64,000 bases of DNA from an uncultured Candidatus Saccharibacteria bacterium (GCA_964491455.1 CAZBFM010000001.1:345893-409892), one strand, 5' to 3'. Positions 46,844 through 56,928 are shown, counted from the first letter of the stretch. Numbers and translations: made by a program. Notes: generated from the letters alone by a model not told the origin.

Positions 46844-46922
46844 ATACGTATTACATATTTTTGCTAAGCAATCATATCGCTTACTGCAATACCACACAAG
46901 AATCTCTGAGAAAAGAAGTATA

Positions 46923-48737
46923 TCAGGTGTAGCCCTTTGCTTGGAGACGAAAGAGCTTGGCATAGCCCGAATCATTTGCCATGAGCTCATCGTGCCTGCC
47001 AAGTTCTGAAATTTTTCCGTTCTTCAATACACAGATCATATCTGCCGATCGCACCGTGGAAAAGCGATGCGATATCAAAATAACGGTACGCTCATGGCGA
47101 ATTGATTCTATCTGCTTGAATATCTTTGCTTCTGCCTCGGCATCTATGGAAGCAGTGGGCTCATCAAGGATAAGCACCCGAGGATCTCGATAGAACGTTC
47201 GGGCGAGTCCCAGCTTCTGCCATTGCCCAACCGATGGCTCCACTCCATTCGTATACCCCTTACCCAACATTTGTTTATACGACTTCTCCCAACCTTGTAT
47301 GAAGGCGTCTGCTTCCGCTGCCTTTGCGGCATCCATTACTTTTTCAAGTGACGACGCCGAGCCGGTTCTCCCGATCGCAATCGCCTCCTTCACAGGGAGA
47401 TGATAGTTACTGTAATCCTGGAAAAGCGCTCCTACTATGGCGTACCAGCTCTCAAGATCAATGGTGCGCAAATCATGTCCATTGATAAGAATTCTTCCTT
47501 CGGTTGGATCATAAAAGCGACAGAGAAGCTTTACGATCGTCGTCTTCCCTGCGCCATTAATTCCAACAAGAGCCAATCGTTGTCCGGCAGGTATATGGAG
47601 GGTAATATTCTTCAATATTGCCGTAGTACTTCCAGGATAGGAAAATGAAACATTTTCAAATCGTATATCAGGTGTTCCAGATGAAACGACATGAGCATTT
47701 TGCGGAGCTAGAATCTTGGGCTTCAATTCAAGATATTTAAATATGTCCGTGATAAATAAACTGTCGCTATATTGCTGGCCCACCCTACTGAAAAGACTGG
47801 AAAGAGAAGATCGGAATTGACGGATTGCCGACAGATAGAACAAAAGGGTACCAAGAAGAATCTCACCGGTAATGACCTGCCGAATGAACAGTACAATAAC
47901 AAACGCGATAGCAGTCTGAGAAAATAGCTGCGTAAATAGTTGCTGATATATACGGAATCGCTGTGCATCCTTTTGTTGTATGAAGAAACCGCGATATAAA
48001 TCGCCAATCGCCTTATAGAAATATTCGATATTTTGAAACAGCTTCAGCTCCACCAGTGACGATGTAATAGTAAAGAGATACCTGTAGTCCCAGTACCTGC
48101 GGCGCGTCTCACCTTCTGCCTGATGAATTCCAAAAACACGATTGCCAAACTTTGTTTCAACGATAAGCTCTGGAATCGTGGCAAATAGAAGGACCAAAAA
48201 AATCTTCCATTGCGCAAAAATCAAAACGCCAATCGAAAGCGCTATCGAGACTATATCGCCCATCACATCGAACATCCTATCGGCGAAATTTGTTAATCGC
48301 CCAGAATTTTCGGAGACGCGATTCTGGAGATCCTGGATCTCCTTGTCTTCATGCGCAGCGATATCGAGTTCAGCGTGCTTCTTTATGACTACTAACTGAC
48401 TCCACTCCTCCACGCCAAACCATACAATCCAAAAGAAGTAGTTTTCAACCAATCGTAGCAGCTGCGGCAATGCTGTGGCACCGATATACGCAGCAAAAAT
48501 CAACCAATCTTTTTGACTGACCGCCTGCAGGCCGTGACCAGCGACGCCCTGCAATATATTCACCATGAGCCCTGATAGCCAATATGCCAGAGTCGGAAAT
48601 GCCGAGTTGATGATGACGGTCAAGATGTAACCGCCCGCAGACCACCGCATCAGCGTGAACAGAATACCGAACACGCGAGTATAATTTCTAAACAACTCGA
48701 TAATTCGATTCGGAGAGTCCTCTTTCTTGGTGGCCAT
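46923..48737 (-). CDS. ABC exporter, fused permease and ATPase (MsbA-like)
   Basis: Six TM helices, then LVGINGAGKTT Walker A, an LSGGQ-like signature and LILDEPTASID Walker B. Confidence 0.85.
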   Translation of the reverse strand: MATKKEDSPNRIIELFRNYTRVFGILFTLMRWSAGGYILTVIINSAFPTLAYWLSGLMVNILQGVAGHGLQAVSQKDWLIFAAYIGATALPQLLRLVENYFFWIVWFGVEEWSQLVVIKKHAELDIAAHEDKEIQDLQNRVSENSGRLTNFADRMFDVMGDIVSIALSIGVLIFAQWKIFLVLLFATIPELIVETKFGNRVFGIHQAEGETRRRYWDYRYLFTITSSLVELKLFQNIEYFYKAIGDLYRGFFIQQKDAQRFRIYQQLFTQLFSQTAIAFVIVLFIRQVITGEILLGTLLFYLSAIRQFRSSLSSLFSRVGQQYSDSLFITDIFKYLELKPKILAPQNAHVVSSGTPDIRFENVSFSYPGSTTAILKNITLHIPAGQRLALVGINGAGKTTIVKLLCRFYDPTEGRILINGHDLRTIDLESWYAIVGALFQDYSNYHLPVKEAIAIGRTGSASSLEKVMDAAKAAEADAFIQGWEKSYKQMLGKGYTNGVEPSVGQWQKLGLARTFYRDPRVLILDEPTASIDAEAEAKIFKQIESIRHERTVILISHRFSTVRSADMICVLKNGKISELGRHDELMANDSGYAKLFRLQAKGYT

Positions 48738-48764
48738 TATAGCTCAGTATACCACCGCACAACC

Positions 48765-49802
48765 TTATCGTATCAACATACCATCGCCGAAGGAGAAGAA
48801 TCGCATCTTATTATCAATTGCGAATCGATACAGATTCAAGAGTCGCAATCGCCCAACGAGTGTAGACACCAACATCATCAGAGAGCTCTTGGGTACGTGA
48901 AAGTTCGTGACGAGATGATTTACAAACTTCCATGTGTAGGAATCTCGAATAAAGATATCCGTCATCCCTCGTACTCTTCGGAGCACGCCGTGCTTATCTG
49001 CAGCGCTCTCGAGTGTTCGCGCGACTGTTGTCCCAACAGCCACGATCGGTCTTCCTTGTTTCTTTGCATTCATCAGTGCTCGCGCATTCTTGCTATCTAT
49101 TTCAAAATATTCCTCATGGAGTGTGCCCGCGACTAGATGCTCATCGGTTACCGATGCAAACGTACCCAATCCTACATGCAGTGTCACAAACAGCACCGAA
49201 TGACCCGCCCTCTTCAGGCTTGCCAATAATCGAGGTGTAAAGTGAAGAGATGCCGTAGGAGCAGCAACGGATCCTTTGTTTTTCGCAAAGATTGTTTGAT
49301 ATTGGGATCGTAATGAGCGCTCGGAAAGTGGAGAATTCTTTATATAGGGAGGGATCGGTGTTCGTCCGTAGCGCTCAAATAGTCTCATCATCTGTCGCAG
49401 CGGGAACGACGGCACAAGACTGTACTTGCCACTCGCATAGCCCACTACGGTAAATGTGTGCCGAGCATCAAATAGCACGCGAGAACCTACTAATAGCTTA
49501 CGATCGCACAGCGCATACAACACACGCTTGTTGTGTCCGACATAAAACACTTGCACCTTCCCACCTGTTTCTTTTACGCACAAAAGCCGCGCAGGAATAA
49601 CTTTGGTTTGATTCAATACCAAAACGCTCTGTGGCGGTAGGTAGCGCTGAAGGTTGCGAAACGTATCCAGAACTGTAGTCTGCTCTGCTCGGTCGTATAC
49701 GAGGAGTCGTGCAGCGTCTCGAGGAACCGCGGGAGACTGCGCGATGAGATCATCGGGTAACTGATAATCATACTGATTCAATATGGTAGTGCTCTTTTTC
49801 AT
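48765..49802 (-). CDS. queA: S-adenosylmethionine:tRNA ribosyltransferase-isomerase
   Basis: YDYQLPDDLIAQSPAVPRDAARLLVYDR N-terminus and overall length. Confidence 0.85.
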   Translation of the reverse strand: MKKSTTILNQYDYQLPDDLIAQSPAVPRDAARLLVYDRAEQTTVLDTFRNLQRYLPPQSVLVLNQTKVIPARLLCVKETGGKVQVFYVGHNKRVLYALCDRKLLVGSRVLFDARHTFTVVGYASGKYSLVPSFPLRQMMRLFERYGRTPIPPYIKNSPLSERSLRSQYQTIFAKNKGSVAAPTASLHFTPRLLASLKRAGHSVLFVTLHVGLGTFASVTDEHLVAGTLHEEYFEIDSKNARALMNAKKQGRPIVAVGTTVARTLESAADKHGVLRRVRGMTDIFIRDSYTWKFVNHLVTNFHVPKSSLMMLVSTLVGRLRLLNLYRFAIDNKMRFFSFGDGMLIR

Positions 49803-50431
49803 AGATAATAGCTGCGCAACGGCTCATCATCGTGATTCTTCTTTCGTGCTGGAGAATACATTCGACCATATTCAATCATGCGATAGGTAAGCGAATGCCA
49901 TGATCGCTTCGGGAAAAGCGCCATTAAATCCCGCTCCACTCCCACTGGAGTCGTCGCCTTCGAGAGCCCCCATCGTCGCGCAAGTCGATACACATGAGTA
50001 TCGACGGCGATACCATCAACCACTCCATACACCGCACCAAGTACTACGTTTGCCGTCTTTCTCGCTACGCCCGGGATGAGGAGCATTTCCTGCATCGTGC
50101 GAGGCACAACGCCTCCATGAACGCTCTGAATATATACTGCAGCAGCGAGAATATTCTTTGTTTTGTTGCGATAAAAACCCGATTGAAATATTAGACGCTC
50201 AAACTCTTTGCGGTCCGCCGAAAGATAGTCCTCAAAGCGTGGATATTTCCGGAAGAGCGCTGGCGTTATTTCATTTACTTTCTTATCAGTACATTGCGCA
50301 GAGAGCTGAACTGCGACGAGACACTCCCACGGAGTATCATAGGTCAACATAATCTTCGCACGCGGAATAACACGTACAAGATCGCGAAGAAGTGCAGAGG
50401 CTCTTTTGACTTTGTCTGCTTGAACATCCAT
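49799..50431 (-). CDS. nth: Endonuclease III-like HhH-GPD glycosylase lacking Fe-S cysteines
   Basis: LLIPGVARKTANVVLGAVYG ... catalytic Lys/Asp region. No Cys in the C-terminus. Confidence 0.75.
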   Translation of the reverse strand: MDVQADKVKRASALLRDLVRVIPRAKIMLTYDTPWECLVAVQLSAQCTDKKVNEITPALFRKYPRFEDYLSADRKEFERLIFQSGFYRNKTKNILAAAVYIQSVHGGVVPRTMQEMLLIPGVARKTANVVLGAVYGVVDGIAVDTHVYRLARRWGLSKATTPVGVERDLMALFPKRSWHSLTYRMIEYGRMYSPARKKNHDDEPLRSYYL

Positions 50432-50458
50432 AGTTGATATGCGAAGGAGAAGCTCTTT

Positions 50459-50701
50459 ATGGCTCGCCCACGAATTCCGGACCCGCTTGATGCTGCATCA
50501 CTTCTTGAGCATATACTCGCGAGAGCGCGACATATACATGCTGTCGTTGTAAAAACGAATCCCGAGCATCATATCGATGATACGATGCTTATCTGCACGT
50601 TTATGGAAGAAATCCAGCCTGCCATCGCTGCGTATCGCAGAATCCTTCGAGAAAAGCAGCCCGAGAAACGACACATCCCCTCATCTCAGACGGAGCCTTG
50701 A
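50459..50701 (+). CDS. Small hypothetical ORF in a 300-nt gap; coding status uncertain
   Basis: The only ORF in the gap. A hairpin (AATCCCCGC-TCAC-GCGGGGATT) follows at 50709-50730. Confidence 0.2.
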   Translation: MARPRIPDPLDAASLLEHILARARHIHAVVVKTNPEHHIDDTMLICTFMEEIQPAIAAYRRILREKQPEKRHIPSSQTEP

Positions 50702-50732
50702 TTCCCAAATCCCCGCTCACGCGGGGATTCTC

Positions 50733-51026
50733 TTACATGTTCTGAGAATGATCCATACGCTCGGCGGGACCTTTGGGAGTTACATCCTTTGGCTCCTGCA
50801 CTGCATCGACAGTATCTTGCGAAGGATCGATCGGCATCATAATAAGCGCGATAAGATACAGGATAAACATCGGCGACCAACCAATGATAATGGCTAATGC
50901 AACTAACGCGAGTCGCACGAATACTGAGTCAACTTGTAGGAAGTGCGCCAATCCAGCGGCAACGCCAAAAATCAAAGCGTCCTTGGGATTTCGATAGAGT
51001 TTCTTGCCCTTGATGTGATTGAACAT
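50733..51026 (-). CDS. PspC-domain membrane protein
   Basis: KLYRNPKDALIFGVAAGLAHFLQVDSVFVRLALV, then a TM helix. Confidence 0.7.
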   Translation of the reverse strand: MFNHIKGKKLYRNPKDALIFGVAAGLAHFLQVDSVFVRLALVALAIIIGWSPMFILYLIALIMMPIDPSQDTVDAVQEPKDVTPKGPAERMDHSQNM

Positions 51027-51040
51027 AGGGAAATACTATA

Positions 51041-51748
51041 TCACGATTTCATAGAATGCGCAACGAGATAGGTCGCCACGATCACAGCCGTTTCGGCGCG
51101 AAGGACGAGAGGTCCCAACGAGGACACCTTCATGCCTAATTGCGCGGCCATTTCTAATTCTTTATCATTCCAGCCACCCTCGGGTCCAACCCACACACCC
51201 GCACGAGCGACGCTCTTGGGAACTCCTGAGAACACATCCCCCGACGGATCAAAGAACAAATTAACGTCGTTGTGACTTGCCTCGGTAAGCACACTCTCCA
51301 TCGCAACGACATCACGAACCACCGGCACGAGACCGCGTCCAGCGACCTCCGCCGCCTCCCGAACAATCTTTTGCACACGTTCGATTCGTAAACCACCCTT
51401 CACGGTGCGCTCAGAGATAATGGGGACTATTTCAGAAACGCCGACTTCTGTGGCTTTCTGTGCTGCCAATTCAAAGTTGTCGGATTTTAGCACCGAGCAA
51501 TACAAGATAGTCCATCCTGGCAGCTCATTTGCATTATGCCCCAGTGAAATACCCTCGAGCATAACCGCTGCGCGATCATATTTCAGGATTCGACAGGTCG
51601 CCTCGCTCCCATCGCCATTGCCCACAATAACCACTTCCCCGGGTGCCAACTTCAGGACGATTTTCATTTGTCGGACTAACTCATCATCATCGATGCGAAT
51701 AGTTCCGAGGGCAAGTTGATATTTTCCTATGAAGCGGTGGATTTTCAT
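51041..51748 (-). CDS. rsmE: 16S rRNA (uracil1498-N3)-methyltransferase RsmE (SPOUT)
   Basis: MKIHRFIGKY ... VIVGNGDGSE ... C-terminal LGPLVLRAETA. Confidence 0.7.
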   Translation of the reverse strand: MKIHRFIGKYQLALGTIRIDDDELVRQMKIVLKLAPGEVVIVGNGDGSEATCRILKYDRAAVMLEGISLGHNANELPGWTILYCSVLKSDNFELAAQKATEVGVSEIVPIISERTVKGGLRIERVQKIVREAAEVAGRGLVPVVRDVVAMESVLTEASHNDVNLFFDPSGDVFSGVPKSVARAGVWVGPEGGWNDKELEMAAQLGMKVSSLGPLVLRAETAVIVATYLVAHSMKS

Positions 51749-51750
51749 GG

Positions 51751-53457
51751 CTAGCGAATAACTCCTCCCCACTCAACAACCGTAAACCCTGAACGCACTG
51801 GCGTTCGAATCACTGGCGACTGAACGTGTACTGGCTGCATCAGCGGTGTAAAGTCCATCAACACACGAATAATGGTATCCGGCTGAGGGTATACGGTGAG
51901 GGGCGCAAGTGAATCCATCGCGCGATTACCAACAAAGGATATGAAGTAATATGGTGCATCCTGCATGCGTGGCAACCAGAATTCTTTAAAATCACTGATC
52001 TCGCGACCCTGCAGTCCAAGCTTCGCAAGCGTCTCCTCTAGAAAATGGGACACGTCGTCCTTTGCGATGGACCACCCCGCTTGCGACTGCTGGTACATAT
52101 CGCCATTTCCCTCCCAGAATAGATATGGCCAATGAGTACCATCACTATTGGTGAGCTGCCCATTTGGCTGTGCGAGGACATGCCAACCAGTGCCATACGC
52201 TGGCTCGCTCCTGGACATTCCTCCTCGTGGCGATACTTGTACGTCGACATTAGTAGCCTTTGGTGGATACAAGTAAATAACCGGTTTTCCGCATTCTCCT
52301 GGTGGAATAAATTCTTTGCTCTGGAACTTAATCACGCGGTCAAGCTGATCAATCCAGAAAAACACCGGACGTCTCTTCAGAAAATCGTCATAGCTCATCT
52401 TTTCCACGGGTGTACCGTCATACGAATACGCGTAATACTCGGTATCGTAAATCTTTTTCAATATACTATGTCGGGGGTCTTTCAACCCGTAAATACCATC
52501 TCCCCGTTGCGTAGTACCAACGCGCACTAAGTCAACGCTCGGATTAACAACATACTGAGGCACAATAGATTGAATAGTATAGAAGCCACAGCCTCCGTGA
52601 TCCTGCCATGTATATTCGCCTCCCGAAGAAATACCGTCGCTCCATGTTATCACGGGAAATGATTCATCCATAAACTCAAATACAGGTCCGTAGGTAACCA
52701 TGGTCTCATCAGCAAGCTTCAGGTGAAATCCATTATCAACGGGAGGAGCATATGTATCTGCTTGCGGAGTTGGTGTTGGCTGCAACAGCGCGTCAGAAAT
52801 ATATACAACTCCATATACGGAGTCCTTAAATAGTTCGTGGATTTTTTGCTTCTGATACTCACTCCACATGGGCACCTGCATCATGAATCCCACGCTCGTT
52901 TTGGTGATAGTGAAAACTCCATCCGGACTCCGCAGGATTTTCGGTGGAACTAATTCATCAACAACGTACGAATCATTTACTGCGAAAGATGGCTTCGGAG
53001 ATTGTGGGTCACTCCAAAACGCATCGGAATTCAATTGCAAAAGAGTCAACGCATTCGATGTCTTTGCAAATCGATATATATTCTCTCCACCCATTCCATC
53101 TCCGGTTCGAATAACGAGTATGAAGTCCGCCCCTGAAAAAGGCCCACGCGTAAACGTGCCCACTTTGTAGTGCTGCTCAGCAAGCGGAATATCGCTCGGA
53201 TTTTCGCTCATCTTTGGAAAGTAATTTTCCTCTTTCAAAAGCTCAGGCGACTGCCACTTCACATCAGAAGAAGACCGCACGTCTCCGCCGGGTATCTCTC
53301 GCTTGAGCGGGTCGTACATCTGCAACCACACAGCACCCGCGACAATCAAAGCAATAAGGGTTCCGGTAAGAAAACGGCGATGATTCGTAAGTAAATTCCG
53401 TATGAATAGCACCTTGTCCGACTTCGCTACTTCAGTAGGTTGAGGATTCATTTCCAT
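51751..53457 (-). CDS. Large membrane-anchored or secreted hypothetical protein
   Basis: A 568-aa protein with an N-terminal TM helix and no recognised domains. Confidence 0.4.
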   Translation of the reverse strand: MEMNPQPTEVAKSDKVLFIRNLLTNHRRFLTGTLIALIVAGAVWLQMYDPLKREIPGGDVRSSSDVKWQSPELLKEENYFPKMSENPSDIPLAEQHYKVGTFTRGPFSGADFILVIRTGDGMGGENIYRFAKTSNALTLLQLNSDAFWSDPQSPKPSFAVNDSYVVDELVPPKILRSPDGVFTITKTSVGFMMQVPMWSEYQKQKIHELFKDSVYGVVYISDALLQPTPTPQADTYAPPVDNGFHLKLADETMVTYGPVFEFMDESFPVITWSDGISSGGEYTWQDHGGCGFYTIQSIVPQYVVNPSVDLVRVGTTQRGDGIYGLKDPRHSILKKIYDTEYYAYSYDGTPVEKMSYDDFLKRRPVFFWIDQLDRVIKFQSKEFIPPGECGKPVIYLYPPKATNVDVQVSPRGGMSRSEPAYGTGWHVLAQPNGQLTNSDGTHWPYLFWEGNGDMYQQSQAGWSIAKDDVSHFLEETLAKLGLQGREISDFKEFWLPRMQDAPYYFISFVGNRAMDSLAPLTVYPQPDTIIRVLMDFTPLMQPVHVQSPVIRTPVRSGFTVVEWGGVIR

Positions 53458-53480
53458 ACACCAAGTCTACACCAGCGCAT

Positions 53481-54335
53481 CTACTTCGACCATACACCCG
53501 TAATATAACTCGTAACATCGGTGCGCATCGTATCGCGCAACACCACTGCCGAACTGGAACGCTCAAGTAATCGAAATGAGAGATTCTGTAATCGCGCCAC
53601 GCTCATCATGAGACGGATACCAGCATTGCTATCGACCGTAATGTAGCGTGAGCGCTCAAGATCACCGCGGGACAGTATCTGGAGTGAAAGAGCGTCATTG
53701 CGAAGCGCCTGCTCTTCGGTTGCGTCATGCGTAAAATCAAATGAACCAACAATCAACACGCTTCTAGTAAGCGTCGTAAGCTGCTCCGCTAACGCTTCGA
53801 TTGATCGATCACTTGCAGTCGATTTGACGATAATAGGCATAAGACGCGCGTCGGGAAATGCACGAGCGATAAACATCGTGATATTGGTAATGCCATGCTC
53901 ATTATAAAAAGGCCACTCTTCTAGATGTATAACCCGCTCACTTACCAATCGTTCAATCTCAGAACGTGCAGGTCGAATGTCACCAAACGGCGTTGGCCAA
54001 ACAGCAATCACTGAAGATATCGGCGCAGCACCACGGGAGAAATGATCAGGAGAAATAAGTATGACTACTGAAGGGCGACTAGCGATGCCGGAAAGAAGCG
54101 CCTGTGCAATGAGTTGTGGCGCCAAAAGATGATGGTTCACGAGGACCATTCGAACACCCGCGCCTCCATCGCCAACACCCGCCGCCGTGTATGCACCCTC
54201 CACAAAGCCAGGTGTCATAAAAAACGAAGGAAAACGAGGCAGCGAGTCCTCCCGATTCATACTCGTGACGACCGCAACTCCACCGCACACAGCTACGATG
54301 CAGCATCCAAGCAATATGCGATAGAATCTCTGCAT
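53481..54335 (-). CDS. MEMO1 / AmmeMemoRadiSam-B-like (class III extradiol dioxygenase fold) protein, membrane-anchored
   Basis: VVILISPDHFSRG and GSFDFTHD resemble conserved Memo motifs. N-terminal TM helix. Confidence 0.4.
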   Translation of the reverse strand: MQRFYRILLGCCIVAVCGGVAVVTSMNREDSLPRFPSFFMTPGFVEGAYTAAGVGDGGAGVRMVLVNHHLLAPQLIAQALLSGIASRPSVVILISPDHFSRGAAPISSVIAVWPTPFGDIRPARSEIERLVSERVIHLEEWPFYNEHGITNITMFIARAFPDARLMPIIVKSTASDRSIEALAEQLTTLTRSVLIVGSFDFTHDATEEQALRNDALSLQILSRGDLERSRYITVDSNAGIRLMMSVARLQNLSFRLLERSSSAVVLRDTMRTDVTSYITGVWSK

Positions 54336-54337
54336 TG

Positions 54338-54553
54338 CTAGCTCGCGTCCTCTGCGGCAAGTGCTTTCTTGAGCTCCACGAACTCATTTTCAGCCTCTTT
54401 CAGTCGACCCCTCAAATCGCCAATAAGCGCAGCTCCTTCCCGTACTTTTTTCAGTCCCTCCTCCACATCAACCTCGGTTTGACCATCAAACCACGAGAGC
54501 AATTCTTCGAGAGCCTTCAGTGAAGCGCTGATTGATTCTTTTTTTGTTGGCAT
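54338..54553 (-). CDS. xseB: Exodeoxyribonuclease VII small subunit
   Basis: About 70-aa helical protein (SLKALEELLSWFDGQTEVDVEEGLKKVREGAALIGDLRGRL) directly downstream of xseA. Confidence 0.7.
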   Translation of the reverse strand: MPTKKESISASLKALEELLSWFDGQTEVDVEEGLKKVREGAALIGDLRGRLKEAENEFVELKKALAAEDAS

Positions 54554-54603
54554 TGTACTAGTGTATAGAATTGATACGCATAAATCGAGACCTCATACCG
54601 CCG

Positions 54604-55818
54604 TCATTCTCCGGAAACAACCTCCTGTACGCTCGCCCGCACCACGCCATCGGAAATACGAATGGCAAGATCATCACCAGATGCAACGGTAGAGATACTT
54701 CGCAGCACATTTCCATGGGGCCCTGTAACAATGCTGTACCCGAGGCGAAGTTGGCGCTCGGGATTCACCGCTGTCAGCGTTCGCTCGGCACTGGTCACCA
54801 GTTGCGCAATCCGATCAATCGATTGACGAACCTTGACCATCGCCGCACGCATTCGATCATGCAAGCGCACGCCTGCAGTCATGACGCGCTGGAGATAGCC
54901 ATCCAGACGATGCCATGCGGAATCAACGAGAGCTCGTTGTGATCGAAGAATGCGGTCCATACGATACACGAGCTCATCTGCATTTCCAGACAACGACTGT
55001 AACCGATCCCAGGTAGCATTCATCAACACTGCGGTTGCAGTTGGCGTACTCGCCGAAGCATCAGCCGCCATTTGCGCCAACGGCACATCTCGATCGTGTC
55101 CGATGGAGACCACCGTGGGGATATGAGACGCAAACACCGCTCGCACCACTCCTTCATTATTGAACGCTTGAAGATCCTCCATCGATCCGCCGCCCCGGAT
55201 AAGCACAATCACATCGAGCGACTTCGCCCCACTATTCATCTCTTCGATTGCAGCGGTAACTTGCGCGACTGCAGCAGCGCCTTCAACACGAACATCGCGA
55301 TGATACACCGTGAACCCAATGCGAGCCAGATTTTTACGAAAATCATCGATCACCGCTCCTGTCTTGCTTGTGATCAATCCAATGCTGGAAATAAATTCGG
55401 GAAGCGGACGCTTTCGTGTAAAGAGCCCCTCATTTGCAAGCTTCACCTTCAACGCCTCATACGCCTTCTTGAGCGTCCCTTCACCTACAAATTCTAGTGA
55501 TTCAACTCGGAACGAAAATCTTCCCTTGGCTTTATAGATTGACGGCACTCCGCCCACCTTCACATGCATCCCATCTTCGATAGCAACACCAAGTCCGCGA
55601 TATGCAAATGGACTCATGTAGCAGTCCATCACACCGCCACCTTCTGCGTCCTTGAGTGAGAAGTACATTCCCGTGGGGTGCGGTCGCGCACTCACGACTT
55701 CACCCTGTACACTAAAACTCTGCTGCCCCACTAATTCGTTGATAAAATCAAGAAATTCGCCAACCGAAAAGACGGGATGCACGTCCGGCGTTTGGTCAAA
55801 AAGTGATTTCTGGCTCAT
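54604..55818 (-). CDS. xseA: Exodeoxyribonuclease VII large subunit
   Basis: N-terminal OB fold (FSVGEFLDFINELV ... VQGEVVS ... MYFSLKD) followed by the catalytic domain. Confidence 0.85.
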   Translation of the reverse strand: MSQKSLFDQTPDVHPVFSVGEFLDFINELVGQQSFSVQGEVVSARPHPTGMYFSLKDAEGGGVMDCYMSPFAYRGLGVAIEDGMHVKVGGVPSIYKAKGRFSFRVESLEFVGEGTLKKAYEALKVKLANEGLFTRKRPLPEFISSIGLITSKTGAVIDDFRKNLARIGFTVYHRDVRVEGAAAVAQVTAAIEEMNSGAKSLDVIVLIRGGGSMEDLQAFNNEGVVRAVFASHIPTVVSIGHDRDVPLAQMAADASASTPTATAVLMNATWDRLQSLSGNADELVYRMDRILRSQRALVDSAWHRLDGYLQRVMTAGVRLHDRMRAAMVKVRQSIDRIAQLVTSAERTLTAVNPERQLRLGYSIVTGPHGNVLRSISTVASGDDLAIRISDGVVRASVQEVVSGE

Positions 55819-55877
55819 GAGTATCTAGTGTAACAAATAGTACAAAAAAACGCCCCTCCTTATTGGAGGGGCGCACA

Positions 55878-56888
55878 CTACACAAACTCAGCGTCCGGCC
55901 AGGCCTGCGTCGCAATGCACTCACGAATGTCTTTGTCTGCTCTGAACCGCATGAACGCCGGCTCACGCAACTTCCCAGTCTTGGAGTAGCGGCGGACAAA
56001 GCGGACTTGAATCACCTTGTGAGTCCAGTCGTTCTTCGACAGTTCAGCACGCGTTTCAGAGTCGAACGAGCCCAGTCGCCCACAGGACATCAGCCGTCGA
56101 CCGGTCCGACGATCCGACGACGGATCTTCCTGAAGCAGCATGACGTCTTTGAGTGAGCCGTCTTCATTGAACCGTCTGCCATCGCTGTAGACAATGAAGT
56201 CATCTTCCAGAATTGGCTTGAGCTTGTAACAGCCCGCAGGTCGCGGAACTCCTCCTCCGATGCGCCAAGTCATCTGATAGTCGGCCTCATAGAGCACCAG
56301 CCCCTCCCAGTCGCCCTTACTGACAAGGGCGCGCATGTGCGAAAGCGGACCGGGCACCTCTTCGACGGCAGTGACATACTGCCCACCCCAGAACGTAGTG
56401 CGGAGCCACCGCAGAGTTCGATGATACGGCCACGAACTCAAGACGTATATCGGCGGGTGCATATGAAGCGCATTGAAGACGATCAGCCGTGGCACAATAC
56501 CGGTCGACAACATATCTCGTGCGCGATCCATTGAGGATCCGAGAAATGATGCAACGTACGACATGGCATCGTGACAATTTTCTGGTGCCTCAGAGTTTGC
56601 GATCTCCACCACTAGCTCGCCAATGAGCACGGTGCCAATGGGAAGTCGAAGCAAACGGATCTCGCCCCGAATGTAATCCAGGCGATGATCCATCTCTCGC
56701 ATGCCTGAACTGTACATGCGAATCGCATCGTCCTCACCAACGTGCACGAGCACCTTATGCCCATCACGCTTGCGGGTGCCAATGAGCGATCCGCGTGACT
56801 GCATCGCCTGAAGCATGTCGTACCGGTACTCGCCTTGCCCAATGGGCTTGGCAACAACGAAGTCGGCGCTCAATGGTCCATGAGACAT
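55878..56888 (-). CDS. Minimal ATP-dependent DNA ligase
   Basis: Motif I KRDGHK, motif IV EGLVLYE, motif V CYKLK, motif VI KLREPAFMRFRADKD. Confidence 0.7.
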   Translation of the reverse strand: MSHGPLSADFVVAKPIGQGEYRYDMLQAMQSRGSLIGTRKRDGHKVLVHVGEDDAIRMYSSGMREMDHRLDYIRGEIRLLRLPIGTVLIGELVVEIANSEAPENCHDAMSYVASFLGSSMDRARDMLSTGIVPRLIVFNALHMHPPIYVLSSWPYHRTLRWLRTTFWGGQYVTAVEEVPGPLSHMRALVSKGDWEGLVLYEADYQMTWRIGGGVPRPAGCYKLKPILEDDFIVYSDGRRFNEDGSLKDVMLLQEDPSSDRRTGRRLMSCGRLGSFDSETRAELSKNDWTHKVIQVRFVRRYSKTGKLREPAFMRFRADKDIRECIATQAWPDAEFV

Positions 56889-56928
56889 GGAACCTCCTTT
56901 GGAAAAGAATAGACTTTACTATACGCTT

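Noticed and set aside
51795-51830. GTTCGAATC T-loop-like motif that could indicate a tRNA
   Set aside because: It lies inside a long, well-supported CDS (51751-53457). No acceptor or anticodon stem-loops can be built around it.
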